A stretch of DNA of 64,000 nt from Octopus sinensis (GCF_006345805.1 NC_042999.1:109492001-109556000), one strand, 5' to 3'. Positions 1 to 13,021 are shown, counted from the first letter of the stretch. A program made the numbers and translations. Notes: generated by a model from the letters alone, not told the origin.

Positions 1-74
1 TTTCTGAAATTGGTACTTATTTATTTCTCTTGTTAATCAATAATTTATGAGTTGGTCTAAGTATTTATAAATAT

Positions 75-76
75 GT

Positions 77-148
<72 letters not shown>

Positions 149-179
149 ATACACACAATGATATGTATATGTGTGTGTT

Positions 180-233
<54 letters not shown>

Positions 234-325
234 AATAGATAGATAGATAGATAGATGAATATATGTATGCGTATGTATGTGTGTATATGTGTGTGTGTGT
301 ATATATAATGGTACATATATATATG
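75..325. repeat. Compound microsatellite (TA)n/(TG)n/(TAGA)n
   Basis: Directly visible simple repeats; the YIYI/HTHT ORFs here are read-through artefacts. Confidence 0.97.
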
Positions 326-1204
326 TTAACATTTATTACTTAAATTAACAAGAGTCATTAGAGTTCAAATGCTGATTTTCTTCAAGTTTAAATTTTTCTT
401 CTTTATTCAATTTTACTCGACAAAAATAATCAAGATAGAACTTTTTTTCTGTACACAAATTTTCTTCTGTTTTTTTTTTTTTCCGTTGTTGTTGCTTATT
501 TTGTTAGTTTATAATATCTTGAATTGGATACTTGAACCTGTCTTTTTAAATTGGCCAATTGCTTACACTTAATATCAGACCAATTAAAAAATAATTCCAA
601 TATCAAATTAAAAATGTTTTAATGTTTATATTTAAGGTTGAATTACATTCGTTGTTGAAATGTTATTTTGATATATTGAGCTGAAATAAGTCATCTAAAG
701 TTGTTTCACATTGAAAGTAGCCTAACCCTTATCATTTCTTGCGAAAAATATTTGCTTTTAAATTTATATCTTATTATACATCAGAAAGTATAACAAGATA
801 ATTTACCAATGTAAATTGACATGAAATTGAATTGTTTAATTAATTGAGCTTTTAGACTCACATGCATGGAACGTATTCACATATACATATGTACAAAGCT
901 TACATTCATTATAAAAAGTCAAAGCATTTTAAAAATAGCAGTCCTAATTTATTCAGAAAATAATTCATTTAAATATCTTACTGCTTTAGATACTGTATCT
1001 CTTAACCTTCTATTTGATGTCCTTTTTGAAAACTCTAACTTTAGATATAATGTTAAAGATCAGGTCTTTTGTCATGGTTTGGTCACAAAATCTTCATTTC
1101 TTTTAAAGAATTGATTTATATGTTAGGCAAAGTCTCATATTGGTACACATACACTATCAAGATGGTTTTCAATCAAGATGTCATTCTCCGTTGCACTTGG
1201 AATT

Positions 1205-1420
1205 CAAAATAAATTACATCATGAAAAGGCACCCTCTATTTGGTTGATTGGTCAACTAAAAGTAAAATCTCTTTCAAAAAAGACTTCTACCAACTTTTAA
1301 AACAAGAAGAAGCATTCTAATAAGTAGTCCAAGACACCATTAAAAAAAGACAGGATGGTTAGACCTGGAATGCATTTAATCAAGATCTGCTTGATCAGGA
1401 TTGATCTGAGGTTAAGTAAA
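1205..1420 (+). mobile_element. Decayed copy of a short interspersed repeat; related copies near 6720-6920, 46230-46450 (+) and 39870-39960, 63430-63560 (-)
   Basis: Shared blocks between copies such as gtcc(a/t)aga-cac ... ggatggt ... ctggaatgc ... tctgct ... cag ... gaggttaa; compared by eye only. Confidence 0.45.
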
Positions 1421-1468
1421 CACCTGCTACAGTACTTAAACTTCTAGACACTTCTGTGAAACATATAT

Positions 1469-1552
1469 GTCGTCATCGTCATCATCATCATCATCATCAT
1501 CATCATCACCATCACCATCACCACCACCACCACCACCACCACCACCACCATC

Positions 1553-1609
<57 letters not shown>

Positions 1610-2741
1610 GTTTAACGTCTGTTTTCCATGCTGCCATGGGTTGGGCAGTTTGACAGGGGTCTGGGAAACCAGGAGGCTGCACTAGGCTCCAGTCTGATCT
1701 GGCGGTGTTTCTACAGCTGGATGACCTTCCTAACATGAATCACTCTGTGAGTGTAGTGGGTGCTTTTTACGTGCCACCGGCACAGGGGCCAGAGGAGTCT
1801 GGCAACGTCCACAATTGGTTGGTGTTTTTTATGTGCTGCCAGCACGGATGCCAGTGAAGGTGGCACTGGCATCGACCACATTCGGATAGTGCTTTTTACG
1901 TGCCGCTGGCACAAGTATCACAAGAAACAATTTCTATTTGATTTATATTTTGATATTGATGTACTTGATACAATAGATCTCCTCATGCACCGCAGGTCAC
2001 TCTACGATCCAAGGTAAGCATAGCAGGCTGTCCTGCGAGCCATGAACTCACTTCATTTATCGGGTCTTTACAGTCACAGCATATCTCCAGAGGTCTCAGT
2101 CTTTCACCATTGCCTCTGTGAGGCCCAACATTCGAAGGTCATGCTTCACCACCTCATCCCATGTCTTCCTGGGTCCCGCTCTAACCTGGATTCCTTCAAC
2201 TGTTTGAGAGTGGCACTTCTTCACACATCTCTCCTCATCCATCCGTAGTACATGACCATATCAATGCAAACGTCTTTCCTGCATGCTGCATCTGATGCTT
2301 CTTTTGTCCAACATTTCTCTCAGGGTGCTTACATTCTGTTGTGTGTGCACACTGACGTTACACATCCAGCAGATCATGCTAGCTTCATATCTTTCGAGCC
2401 TATGCATGTCCTCCGCAGTCATGGCCCATGTTTCACTGCTGTGAAGCATGGCAGTTCACACACATGTGTCATACAATCTACCTTTCACTCTGAGCAAAAG
2501 ACCCTTTGTCACCAGTAGGAGAAGAAGCTTTCTAAACTTTGCCCAGGCTATTCTTATTCTAGTGGTAAACTCACTGAGCATCCACCCCCACAACTAACTT
2601 GGTCACCTAGGTAGTGAAAGCTATCAACTACTTCTAGTTTCTTCCTCTGGAGTGTGATGGAATCTGTTTTCTGAGTATCTGTGGTGTCAATTGCCCCTGT
2701 GCATCTGCCTCACATGAAAGCTATCTTCTCGGTTAATTTTC
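1469..2741 (-). mobile_element. RTE-clade LINE, 3' fragment with an expanded (GAT/GGT)n tail
   Basis: Minus-strand ORF remnant ETWAMTAEDMHRLERYEASMICWMCNV matches the C-terminus of the RTE ORFs at 31515-32090 and 55413-55850. The 3' UTR and the tcgtttaacgtc junction are shared with those copies; the tail appears as (cat/cac)n at 1469-1610. Confidence 0.9.
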
Positions 2742-3017
2742 CTTTAGAAAAATGAATAAAATGAATATGATACTTGTATATCATTTTCCAAGCTAACACA
2801 TATCTGTTTTATAATAAAGTTAAACAGCAGATTCTGAGAAACCAAGTGATGCTCTGAGTTGGCAAATATTAATATGAATAGGTGAAACAGTGGAATAAAA
2901 AGAAAAGATATTTCTAATATTTACATGAAACCACACGTGCATGAATGTTGTATACTCATATTTATTCTGTAGATATATCAGAGATCCTATAATTATATTG
3001 AATTTGTGTATTTATAT

Positions 3018-3064
<47 letters not shown>

Positions 3065-3218
3065 GGGTGTGTATGATTGTGTATAGAAGAATATATTAAT
3101 AAAAGGAATTCCAACCTTGTCTGATTTTCACATTTTATTTACAATCTTATAATGATATAATATAATATAATATAATAAAATAAAATAAAATAATAGAATG
3201 TTAAATGTTCATTCTGAT

Positions 3219-3263
3219 TGAACTAGTACTTTCATGCATTAAATTCTGCAATCTTCAGATTCA
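3219..3263 (-). ncRNA. Minimal type I hammerhead ribozyme motif in the Penelope 3' UTR
   Basis: Minus strand reads TGAAT CTGAAGA TTGCA gaatttaa TGCAT GAAA GTAC TA GTTCA. Stem I is TGAAT/GTTCA, the core is CUGAAGA...GAAA, stem III is the palindrome AGTACT and the triplet is CUA. The first stem II pair is U-U. Confidence 0.65.
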
Positions 3264-3327
3264 TGTAGTAGTGGTGACAGTCATGCTTCACAATTTTTTA
3301 CTGTAGCGAGATGATTGAATCTGTGCC

Positions 3328-3450
3328 TTAAATAGAGCTGTGTAGACTCCAGATTGCTAGGTTTTGCAAACTGTTTCTGACCAATCAGTGTGTAGTATCA
3401 CTCAATTACTCAAACTGATTGGTTGGTTGAGCTGATTGGTTTAGGCGTCA
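3328..3450 (-). promoter_or_regulatory. Putative pseudo-LTR Pol II promoter (CCAAT boxes plus TATA-like element)
   Basis: Minus strand has aaccaatcag twice (plus 3415-3424, 3432-3441), an opposite ccaatcag at 3381-3388, and TATTTAA at 3328-3334 upstream of the hammerhead. Confidence 0.35.
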
Positions 3451-3677
3451 CGCTTTGTTGGACATGTCAAGAGTCCTGTATCTTAACCCTGGCGGAGGCA
3501 GCAATTGTTGGGCTATTTTTAGAAATGTTGTAAATAGCCTTTGTCAGAGATTTTTATATTTCAATTGTCATCATCATCATTGTCAGCACCTTAATTATTG
3601 TTGCTAGTGATGATGGTGGCGGCAATAGAACTTTTAACCCTAAATAAGATAATTTTCCTGCTATCTAAGTATTATTA

Positions 3678-3965
3678 TTATTGCTTATTTAGCTTGGGTT
3701 CGAATTTATCAATAAAATTCTTTTTTCCGATTTTCCTCTCGATTTCACTTGGGCTGTGTAATTTGTAGAATGGAAATATATATATTTTCTGACCACATGT
3801 TGCTAGGTGGTTACTTAAAGGTATCTGACGGACCTCTGGGTCTCTAATCTGTTGTCGGTGCACACGTGAGCATTCTGATAGTGCATTTCCCATCTGACCT
3901 ACATATATTTCTTCACAATTTGGGCATTTGATGCAGTAAATTAAATTTCTGCTTTTGCAGTTCAT
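3678..3965 (-). pseudogene. GIY-YIG endonuclease domain of the Penelope ORF, separated from RT by a frameshift
   Basis: NLIYCIKCPNCEEIYVGQ (GIY-CxxC-YIG pattern), later RVHRQQ and HL residues, and a terminal PKLN. Confidence 0.9.
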
Positions 3966-4000
3966 ATTCGCGTTTGTGAATATTTTCCCGGTTTTTGTGT

Positions 4001-4937
4001 TTATATATTGGCCGGTATGTATGAATTGGCATGTGCCACAGTGAATGTTTGGTCTTTGTTGCTAAGGTCAAATTGTGCCTTTGTTAGTAATTTTTTCAAG
4101 TTTTTAGGCTGTCTTTTACTAAGAACCATAGCTCGATTCGTGATTATGTCTTTTAATTCATTACTTTGGGCAATGATTGGTAGGTTTGCTTTGTCAATGT
4201 TGAAGATATTCTGGTGACATGGGTTGTGTGTCACTATGAATGGTATGACTTGTTCTTGTTTTCCTCTTCCTTGGGTTGTCCTAAGTTGTTGTATGGGTAT
4301 TTTTATAGCCCGCTGTATGCCATTTTCTATAAGTAGAGATGGGTATTTTTGTTTGAGCAAAAATTCTCTTAGTTCTGTTAGGCGTTTGTCCCTGATATTT
4401 GCATCTTCTATAATGGCACAAATTCTTCTGGCTAGGCAGTATGAGATGTTGCGTTTTGTATGTGGTGGATGGCACGACTTAAAATTTAGGTATTGATGTG
4501 TGTCTGTGTGTTTATAGTATATATCTGTGGTGATGGTGGTGTCCTTTTTGATTACCATTATATCTAGGAATGGTAATTTGGTACTACTCATCTCCTTTGT
4601 AAATTGGAGAGATGGGTGTAGGTTGTTCAGGAGGATATTGAACTCTTCCAGAGTATTTAGAGATTCTGTCCAGATTATGAAGCAGTCGTCAAGGTATCTT
4701 CCATGCCTTTTCAATATACTTTCTAAATCCAATGCCATAGTTTTCCTCCACCTCTTGGTAGAGTTGTTGTTCTAAGTATCCCATTACAGAGTTGGTGTAA
4801 ATGGGAGCAAACCTCGTTCCCATCGCCGTGCCTCTAATTTGAATGTAATTATTTCCATTGAAGAAGAATGTGTTGCTTTCTAGAATAAGTTTGACTGAGT
4901 CTAATATAAATGGTACTGTGAATCTGCTGGGAATCAC
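4001..4937 (-). pseudogene. Penelope reverse transcriptase (C-terminal half and thumb), frameshifted near 4700-4740
   Basis: ORF 4689-4937 carries GTAMGTRFAPIYTNSVMGYLE; ORF 4001-4738 carries RYLDDCFIIW, KLPFLDIMV and HTDTHQYLNFKSCHP. Confidence 0.9.
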
Positions 4938-4977
4938 TTCTCTATGTTTTTATATGTATATATATATATATACATAT

Positions 4978-5040
<63 letters not shown>

Positions 5041-6254
5041 CACACACACACACACATACATATATTTACTGCAGCGATTCAGTATATATGATTGATACTT
5101 TTTAATCCCCTCTAGAAACATGGATGGCGAAACTGAAACTTAGAATGTAAGAGACCACAATGTGGTTTGTTTAGTGTTCTGATTCTGCTAATCTTTTTCT
5201 GCTTTTACATGAATATATATTTAATAATATAAATAAAATACTTCAAGTACACATTATCAGATATACTTTACAACTTGGATGTATTAAGTCAAGACAGATT
5301 GCAGTTTTAGAATCAGAATCTATACGAGATCAGTGAATTAGGACATTCTTTCCAACCACGTTACTAAATAGCAGAAACATTGTGAAATTATTAAAAGAGT
5401 GGATCTAAAAGATATTTGGAGCATGAGAACAGGACTTATACATTTCTCAGTTGGATGAAGCATTGCTTCAATTTCTCATTTCCGTCGGGGAGAAAACTCA
5501 CCAGCAAACTTGAAGAAACAGTGACCATCCACGATCATAATAAGTTCTATTGACCAGCTCAATTCCTCTGAGCAATTAAAGTTTTTATTGTTATATTCTT
5601 ACAAGGAATAAAAGGAGATATAATGCAGTAATCTACCTTAAGAAACTATGCAATATGTCTCCTAAATAAGGCATTGAATCTCATATAAACCATCAAACTA
5701 CTAAATATATAATTTGATAGTCCATCTGCATCTTTGATGATGAAGATTCAGTTTTTTGATCAAATGAATTACCTACTCCTGACTTAAGTCACTTAACAAG
5801 CAAGTGGCTGAGTATTCCGCAGATGAATGTATCTTTAACATAATTCTCAGACAGAATAAATGTGATGTAATGTGTGACAAGACTGTACTTTTGAATTACT
5901 GGTACAATCCACCCAGCTTAAAGGGCTTCTGTACAGCTTCCTCCAACCCAGTTTCCCTCCCAAGGTATGAGTCTACCTAAGGCCATAGAAAATGACATTT
6001 GTCCAAGATGCTATATAGTGCAATTGAACCTAGGATCTCATCATTGTGGTGCAAACCTCTTAACCCTTAGTTATACTGTGCAGCAGGATCAAAATTTCTG
6101 ACTTTCATTCCAAATAAACACAATACACTGCAACAACTTGAGGATGAATGGAGATGAGATGTTCAATATTTTATTAGAAGCATGTGGGAGAGAAGCCACA
6201 TTTGGACTCAGTATTGCACACCAGTTTCGAATCTTGGTACAAGGCCAGCAAGTT

Positions 6255-6670
6255 TGGAGAAGTGGGTAAGTCGATTACATTAACCACCATGCTCCACTTG
6301 TACTTATTTTATCGACTCTGGAAGGATGAAAGGCAAAGTCGACCTCAGATGAATTTGATCTTGGAACATAAAGATAGCTGAAATGCTGCTAAGCAAAAGC
6401 CCAGGGTGCTAATGATTCAGCCAGCTTGCCACCTTGACTTAGTATTGCATATTCTTTTCTACTCTAGGCACAAGGCTTGAAATTTGGGGGAGGTGGGGCT
6501 AGTTGATTATATCGACTCCAGTACAAAACTGGTAATTAATTAATTGATCCTGAAAGGATGAAAGGCAAAGTTGACCTCAGTAGAGTTTGAACTCAGAACA
6601 TAAAGACAGACAAAATAACGCTAAGCATTTCACCCGGTGTGCTAATGTTTCTGTGATCTCGCCACCTTTT
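6255..6670 (-). mobile_element. Two head-to-tail copies of a second SINE-like family (family B); other copies near 21480-21680, 23725-24115 and 36365-36520
   Basis: Shared core aggatgaaaggcaaagtcgacc...gaatttgaactcagaac...gctaagcattt in all copies. Confidence 0.8.
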
Positions 6671-6949
6671 TCTACCAGCTTGCAGCCTTATTTAGTATTA
6701 CATATTAATATCACAGCAGCTAACAAAGGAGTCTCTATGTGATCATACAACCTGGCAGAAGTGGCAGTCAAGAATTCTTTATTGTACAACTCCACTGTTC
6801 CTAAAAAGGGGCACCTTAGATATTATAGTCCTAGGTTCACTAGGCCTGAAAACAAACCACAAAGTGGTATGACTGGAACACCTTTAATCTTGAGTCTGTC
6901 CACTCAGGGCTAACCCAGGGTTAAACACCAACATATCAAGCAGTGTCAA

Positions 6950-7432
6950 AGCACACACACACACACACACACACAGCACATACACACACACACCTCAGTT
7001 CATTTATCTGTCTGTACATAAAATATGGAAAATAATCTGAACACATTCTGCTAAAATAACTTTGATAAAATAGAATTTAAAATCATTAATAACAGTATTA
7101 ATTTTACTTCTTACTATAAATAATTTTCACTTAGATTGGAATATTAAACAAATAAACCTTTATTTATAAATTCATATTTTATTAACATTTATATAGAATA
7201 TTTCTATCTTGATATATATAAAAGCACACAGACTAACAAATGCAAGTATATTCACACATATATGCATGTGCAGATGTACACACACATACACATATATATA
7301 TATACATATATATAGATATAGATATATATATATCTATACATATGTAGGTATATATATATATATGTATATACACATATACATATATACACATATATACCTA
7401 TGTATGAATATACATATGTATGCATATATGTA

Positions 7433-7504
<72 letters not shown>

Positions 7505-7560
7505 TGTGTTGTACATTTTTAGACATGTATCATATACCTGTGTGTATTTTTGCACATATG
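6950..7560. repeat. (CA)n at about 6950-6995 and compound (TA)/(TG)n at about 7250-7560
   Basis: Directly visible. Confidence 0.9.
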
Positions 7561-8499
7561 TCTGTATATGGTGTCTGAAATACCATGGTTCTAGTATTTG
7601 ATTACACAATCAGATTTCATTTGATGAAGAAAATTCTATATAATAAATAAGAAGTTGCATCCAAGCTACATGAAGTATTTTGTTTTTTGTAATAAAATCA
7701 AAAATACTTTTTTAAAAAATGCAATGAAATCTTTACTTCAAGGAAAAATATTTTTTTTAAAAACCCTTTTAATCTTCACAAGGTAAATAAATAAATAAAT
7801 AAAATCAATATCTGGTGTTCGCAGAAGCATTTATTGTTGTTGTTGTTATTATTATTTATTACTTTTATCAGACCATACCAAAAACAAAAACAAGAATAAT
7901 GATAATAATAATTTTGTGAGACAGAAATCATTAAAAAGTTGGATTATACTAAGATTGAAATTTTTCTCAAAAAACTTTTTTATACATTTCATGATTTAGT
8001 GGTACTTAATATAAGCAAAAGACATGGAGACTACCCACCTTCAAAGGTTTATGAAGGTATTTACATCTGTACTTCTGAGAAACAACCCCTCTCCTACTTC
8101 CTCTACTTTATCGTGTGTACTGAAGCATTTTCAAGGAGCACAGTTAAAAATTGTGTAGTTTTCTCCTTCAAATTAACTTGTAGACTTGACAATTATATTT
8201 CAATAAGTAATTATTAAATTGAATGATGTAAAGAATTCCTTTATAAATCTAATTTTGAAAGCCTTCAGTTTTGAAATGTAATTTTCCACTCATTATGAAG
8301 ATGAGTAATTTTGATGAGTCACCATCAGTGATAGCTGGCAGTTAGCTCTAACCCCAATGACAGTCTTAACTAATGGCTGGTTTGTATAAAAGTGGGGGAA
8401 ATGTCAATGATTCTGCAGCTTCTAACAAAATATTATATATCATGACAAAGAATGTATTTTGCAATTTAGCTAATACATAAAAGATTAGTATTCATAATA

Positions 8500-8701
8500 A
8501 TCTACTAAATGTATATATACAAATAGTTATGTTATATATACTTATACATACAATTATATATGTGAGCACATGTGTGTTTGAGTGTATATGTGTATGTAAT
8601 TATCTATATACATATGCATATATGTGCATATATATGTATGTATTTAGATATATACATATATCTACCTATATATTATATATAAATATATATATGTGTGTGT
8701 G

Positions 8702-8744
<43 letters not shown>

Positions 8745-8838
8745 TCTTTCCTGAGCGTCAATAATACTTTAATTGTTCCACGTCCTCGCGTTGCTGTTTT
8801 TTCTCTTTTTTTCTGTGTTTTCTTGTTTGGATTAACTA

Positions 8839-8876
<38 letters not shown>

Positions 8877-8955
8877 TACATATATATATGCATATATGTA
8901 TATATGCATATACACAAAGTTATCCATACATATATATGTATATACATATATATAC

Positions 8956-9019
<64 letters not shown>

Positions 9020-9290
9020 GATAGATAGATAGATATAGATATAGATACACATATAGATATAGATATATATATATCATATCATATGTATATAATATATATG
9101 CATGCATATATATATACATTTATATATATATATATATTTATATGATGATGATGATGATGATATATATGCACATACATATACACACAAATATATGTACATA
9201 CACACATATATATATTTATATAAACACACATATACACACGCATATATATACATATATATGCATACTTATGTGTGTGTATATATATACATT
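8500..9290. repeat. Large compound (TA)/(TAC)/(TAGA)/(GAT) microsatellite field with a short unique insert at 8740-8835
   Basis: Directly visible. Confidence 0.92.
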
Positions 9291-9572
9291 TATGTTTGTG
9301 CAGGGATGGATGAATGTTGATATATCTACATACATATTTAATGCAATATGTTATCAGTCATTCACATTGCAGTAACATTCAGATGTATATAAACATATTT
9401 TAGCAGTATAATTTTTAAAAACCAACGAGAGATCAAACAATATGGATGCAATAAACTGTCTACAATGACTTACGGGGAAAAAAAAAACGAATGGTAAGTG
9501 ATGATTTCAAACTTTGCAGGGGTCCACAGGATATGGTGTGAATATCCGCAGGCTAGTTTTTTGTAATAATAT

Positions 9573-9965
9573 TGGCTGTATGGTAAGTACCTTGCTTACC
9601 AACCACATGGTTTGGGTTCAGTCCGACAGTGTGGCACCTTAGGCAAGTGTCTTCTACTATAGCCTTGGGCCGACCAAAGCCTTGTGAGTGGATTTGGTAG
9701 ACGGAAACTGAAAGAAGCCTGTCGTATATATGTATATGTATATGTATGTATATGTTTGTGCGTCTGTGTTTGTCCCCCCAACATCGCTTGACAACCGATG
9801 CTGGTGTGTTGACATCCCTGTCACTTAGCGGTTTGGCAAGAGAGACCGATAGTATAAGTACTAGGCTTACAAAGAATAAGTCTTGGGGTCAATTTGCTCA
9901 ACTAAAAGTGGTGCGCCTGCATAGCCGCAGTCAAATGACTGAAATAAATAAAAGAATAAAAGAAA
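9573..9965 (+). mobile_element. tRNA-derived SINE, family A
   Basis: A-box-like TGGCTGTATGGT, B-box-like GGGTTCAGTCC, body ccttaggcaagtgtcttctactatagcc, internal (TA/TG)n, 3' stem-loop agtc-aaat-gact-gaaa and an (ataaaaga)n tail. Confidence 0.9.
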
Positions 9966-10159
9966 TAATGGCTAGAATTGTTTGTAACTTTGTAACTCTT
10001 CTTTTCTTTTCTTTTTTTTTTTTACTTTTAAAACTTTATATTCGCTGATCAAAGTAGACTTCACGTATGTTTTGCTGATGAAATCTAATAAGCCTGAAAT
10101 ATGACCATAGAGACAATCTTGTCTGCTAACAAAGATCTTCTTTTACTAATTATCCTCCT

Positions 10160-10828
10160 CCTCATCATCATCATTTAACATCCATTTTCCATGCTCGCAT
10201 GGGTGAGATAGTTTTACTGGAACTAGTAAGCTGGAGAGCTGCACCAGGCTCCAGTCTATTTTGGCTAGATTTCCATGGCAGAACACCTTTCCTAATGTCA
10301 ACCATTCCATTGAGTGTAGTGGGTGCCTTTTATATGTCACTGGCATGGATGCTTTTTACATGTCACTGGCATGGGTGCTTTTTACATGTCACTGGCATGG
10401 GTGCCTTTTACATCTCATTGGCATGGGTGCCCTTTACGTATCACTGACACAGGTGCTTTTTATTTGTCACCAGCACTGATCATGGCTACAAGTTCACTTG
10501 GCTTGACGTGTCTTCTCAAGCACAGCAAATCACCAAAGGTCTCAGTTACTTCTCATTGTCTCTGTGAGACTCAACGTCCAAAGATCATATTTCACCACCT
10601 TGTCCCATTCTTCCTGGGTCTACCTCTTCCACAGGTTCCCCCAACAGTTAAAGATTTGCACTCCTTTACACAGCTGTCCTCTTCCATATGCATCACTTGA
10701 CTATACCAGTGCAGTCTTCTCTCTTGCACACCATACCTGATGCCTCTTTTACCCAATTTTCCTCTCAAGATGTTTACACTCTGTCATTGCACACCCAGCA
10801 AAGCATACAGCTTCATTTCTTTCAAGCC
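10160..10828 (-). mobile_element. RTE-clade LINE 3' fragment (older subfamily) with a 26-bp tandem repeat in its 3' UTR
   Basis: Same 3' terminus as the other RTE copies (catcatttaacatccattttccatgc) and an ORF-end remnant; gctttttacatgtcactggcatgggt repeated about 6 times at 10325-10470. Confidence 0.82.
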
Positions 10829-11413
10829 TGAAAATTATATTTTATGTGAAATGAATTCTTAATTTCTTGAAGTTACTTTCCGTTTTTTTTTAAAAAGTCA
10901 CTACAAGAGGTAAATTCATTTTAGTCATCTGTACATTGAACTCACTGTTGCCTTTCGTTCTTTTAAATGTATTAAATTGAAGAACCAGTACAAGGTGGGG
11001 GATTGGCAGAAATTGATAGAATATTGGATGAAATATATCTTCTCACTCTTTGCATTTCAAGTTCTTGTGTGGTGGACCCAATCTGCCATACAATCTGAAA
11101 TGTCACACAGTTTGACTGAACCCGCAACCATATAGTTGTGAAGCAGACTTCATTATCACACAGCCATACATGCACCTGTGTCTTATTTATTTGCTGCATA
11201 ATTTTATAAACAACAGCATCATTGGTTACAAGTGACAAGGGATTGCTTGCACAACTAGGTGGAGTAAACAGCACATGGGTTGTTTTATATAAATGAAATT
11301 GCTGGTTTCTTTTTTTTTGTTCTTTGCTAATGTTTAATTCTTTTTTTGATATGCATGGGTGTAACACACATGCTTACATGCACATACAGACACACACACG
11401 CACACACAGTCAG

Positions 11414-11444
<31 letters not shown>

Positions 11445-11810
11445 AATGTGCACACATGGGCAATGTAATGAGGAGAGTGGTATCATCAATTATAAGAATC
11501 CCATTACACGAATGTTTCTTATCTAAATATGTTATTCATTTTTTATTTTATTTCCTAATTTGCGAAGCACAGTGTCATTGATTATCGGTTTCCAATACAT
11601 CAATCATTAGTACTACACTTTTCTGATGGCAAGAATGCTAAGGGAACATCACTAATGTTTTTGTTTCTCTCCAATCTTTAAATCCTTCACTAATACACAT
11701 CAGTGTAACACACACACACAATGTGAGTGTGTAAATGTTAAAAAAGGTTATTATTTTAAAACGAGTTTAAGAATAACAATGGAACATTTTCTGCTGGTGT
11801 GACTCCAGAC

Positions 11811-12156
11811 CAGGGGTTCTCAACCATATTTTATCTATGGACCCCTTTGCTTACTATTTTATTCTGGTGGACTTCATAGCCATTCAATGTTTAAAAACTA
11901 ATTTTATAGAAACTTCTTTCAAAATTCCTGTTTTGTTTTTCACATATTAACTTATGTAGATTGAGCCATGTAAAATGTTAGAGAAAGAAACCAAGTTGTT
12001 TGTTGCAACACACACCAATAAATACATCTAAAGCAAAATTTTTTCAGGGGGCCTTTAAAATACTGTAGTGACACCCAATTTACTATATTTTGCATGGACC
12101 TGCCAAAATTTATATGGACCCACAGGGGCCATGAGGACCCCAGTTGAAAACCACTG
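11811..12156. mobile_element. hAT (Charlie-type) MITE
   Basis: TIRs caggggttctcaac and gttgaaaaccactg; 8-bp TSD ctccagac/ctctagac (one mismatch), matching the known nTCTAGAn target preference of Charlie elements. Confidence 0.85.
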
Positions 12157-12942
12157 CTCTAGACTGAGAATATAGTCAATGTTATTGTGAAGATCCAGCT
12201 AACTAGGACTTCAATGATTCTTTGCCAGCAAGTGATTTTAAATAGGAAGGAAGGCTGTATCAAAAGATACAAATGTGTATAATGAGTTTTACAGTTTCTT
12301 AATAAATTACTATGAAAGGAATTTTTTTTATTTATCCATGTGTTACACAGAACAGCAAGAATCCAAACAACAATGTAGCAACTCATTCTTAATACATTCT
12401 GGCATTTATATTTGGTCACTGTTGTTATTTGCTATTGGAGAATATTTCCTTAAAAGTGATGTCAGTTCAGAGAGAATGTCAAGGCACTTGAGGTTTCAAC
12501 CTCATTGTTCATCTCTTCAGTTGAAGCTACATCAGACTGATGAATCTCACAATAGCACGAGTTCATTTCAGATGTTCATATTTGCTAGGATTCTCACTGT
12601 TGTGCATGCACCCCATGAACTACTATCTGTTTGGGAGACATCTGCACACATCACCAAATATTTTGTTTGCTCTTCTGTGATTCATTGGTCAGCTGCAACT
12701 GAAGAAACATGCACTAAAATCAAAACATTATGGTGTCTCAGAGTCCCTTTAGATTAAGCAAATCATGTGTCATAAAACACACACACTGTTTTAAGAGAGA
12801 AGATGTTCTCTAATAGCATATGACAACATTGATATTCATGTTTGAATGTGCCAGAATGTATTTAAATGGAAAAGAAATGTTATAATTTCTTTATTTAAAG
12901 AATTGGTTAACATGTGCTATGACCTTTAACCATTTATTCATA

Positions 12943-13003
<61 letters not shown>

Positions 13004-13021
13004 TCAGCTAAGCCATGCTCC

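Larger units (their letters stand above)
3062..4945 (-). mobile_element. Penelope-like retroelement, 5'-truncated, flanked by (TA)n/(CA)n
   Basis: RT motifs GTAMGTRFAP, RYLDD and LPFLD; the Penelope-typical stretch DIYYKHTDTHQYLNFKSCHP; a GIY-YIG endonuclease; a 3' UTR with a hammerhead fold. Confidence 0.93.

Noticed and set aside
5100-5140. cccctctagaaacatggatggcgaaac beside the Penelope element
   Set aside because: It may be a decayed terminal repeat, but the core is not CUGANGA and the stems do not pair.
10066-10105. CTGATGA...GAAA hammerhead-like spacing
   Set aside because: No stem II or stem I pairing, and the position-17 base would be G.
12275-12757. 160-aa plus-strand ORF
   Set aside because: No recognisable domain or clear splice structure; minus-strand frames are interrupted by stops.
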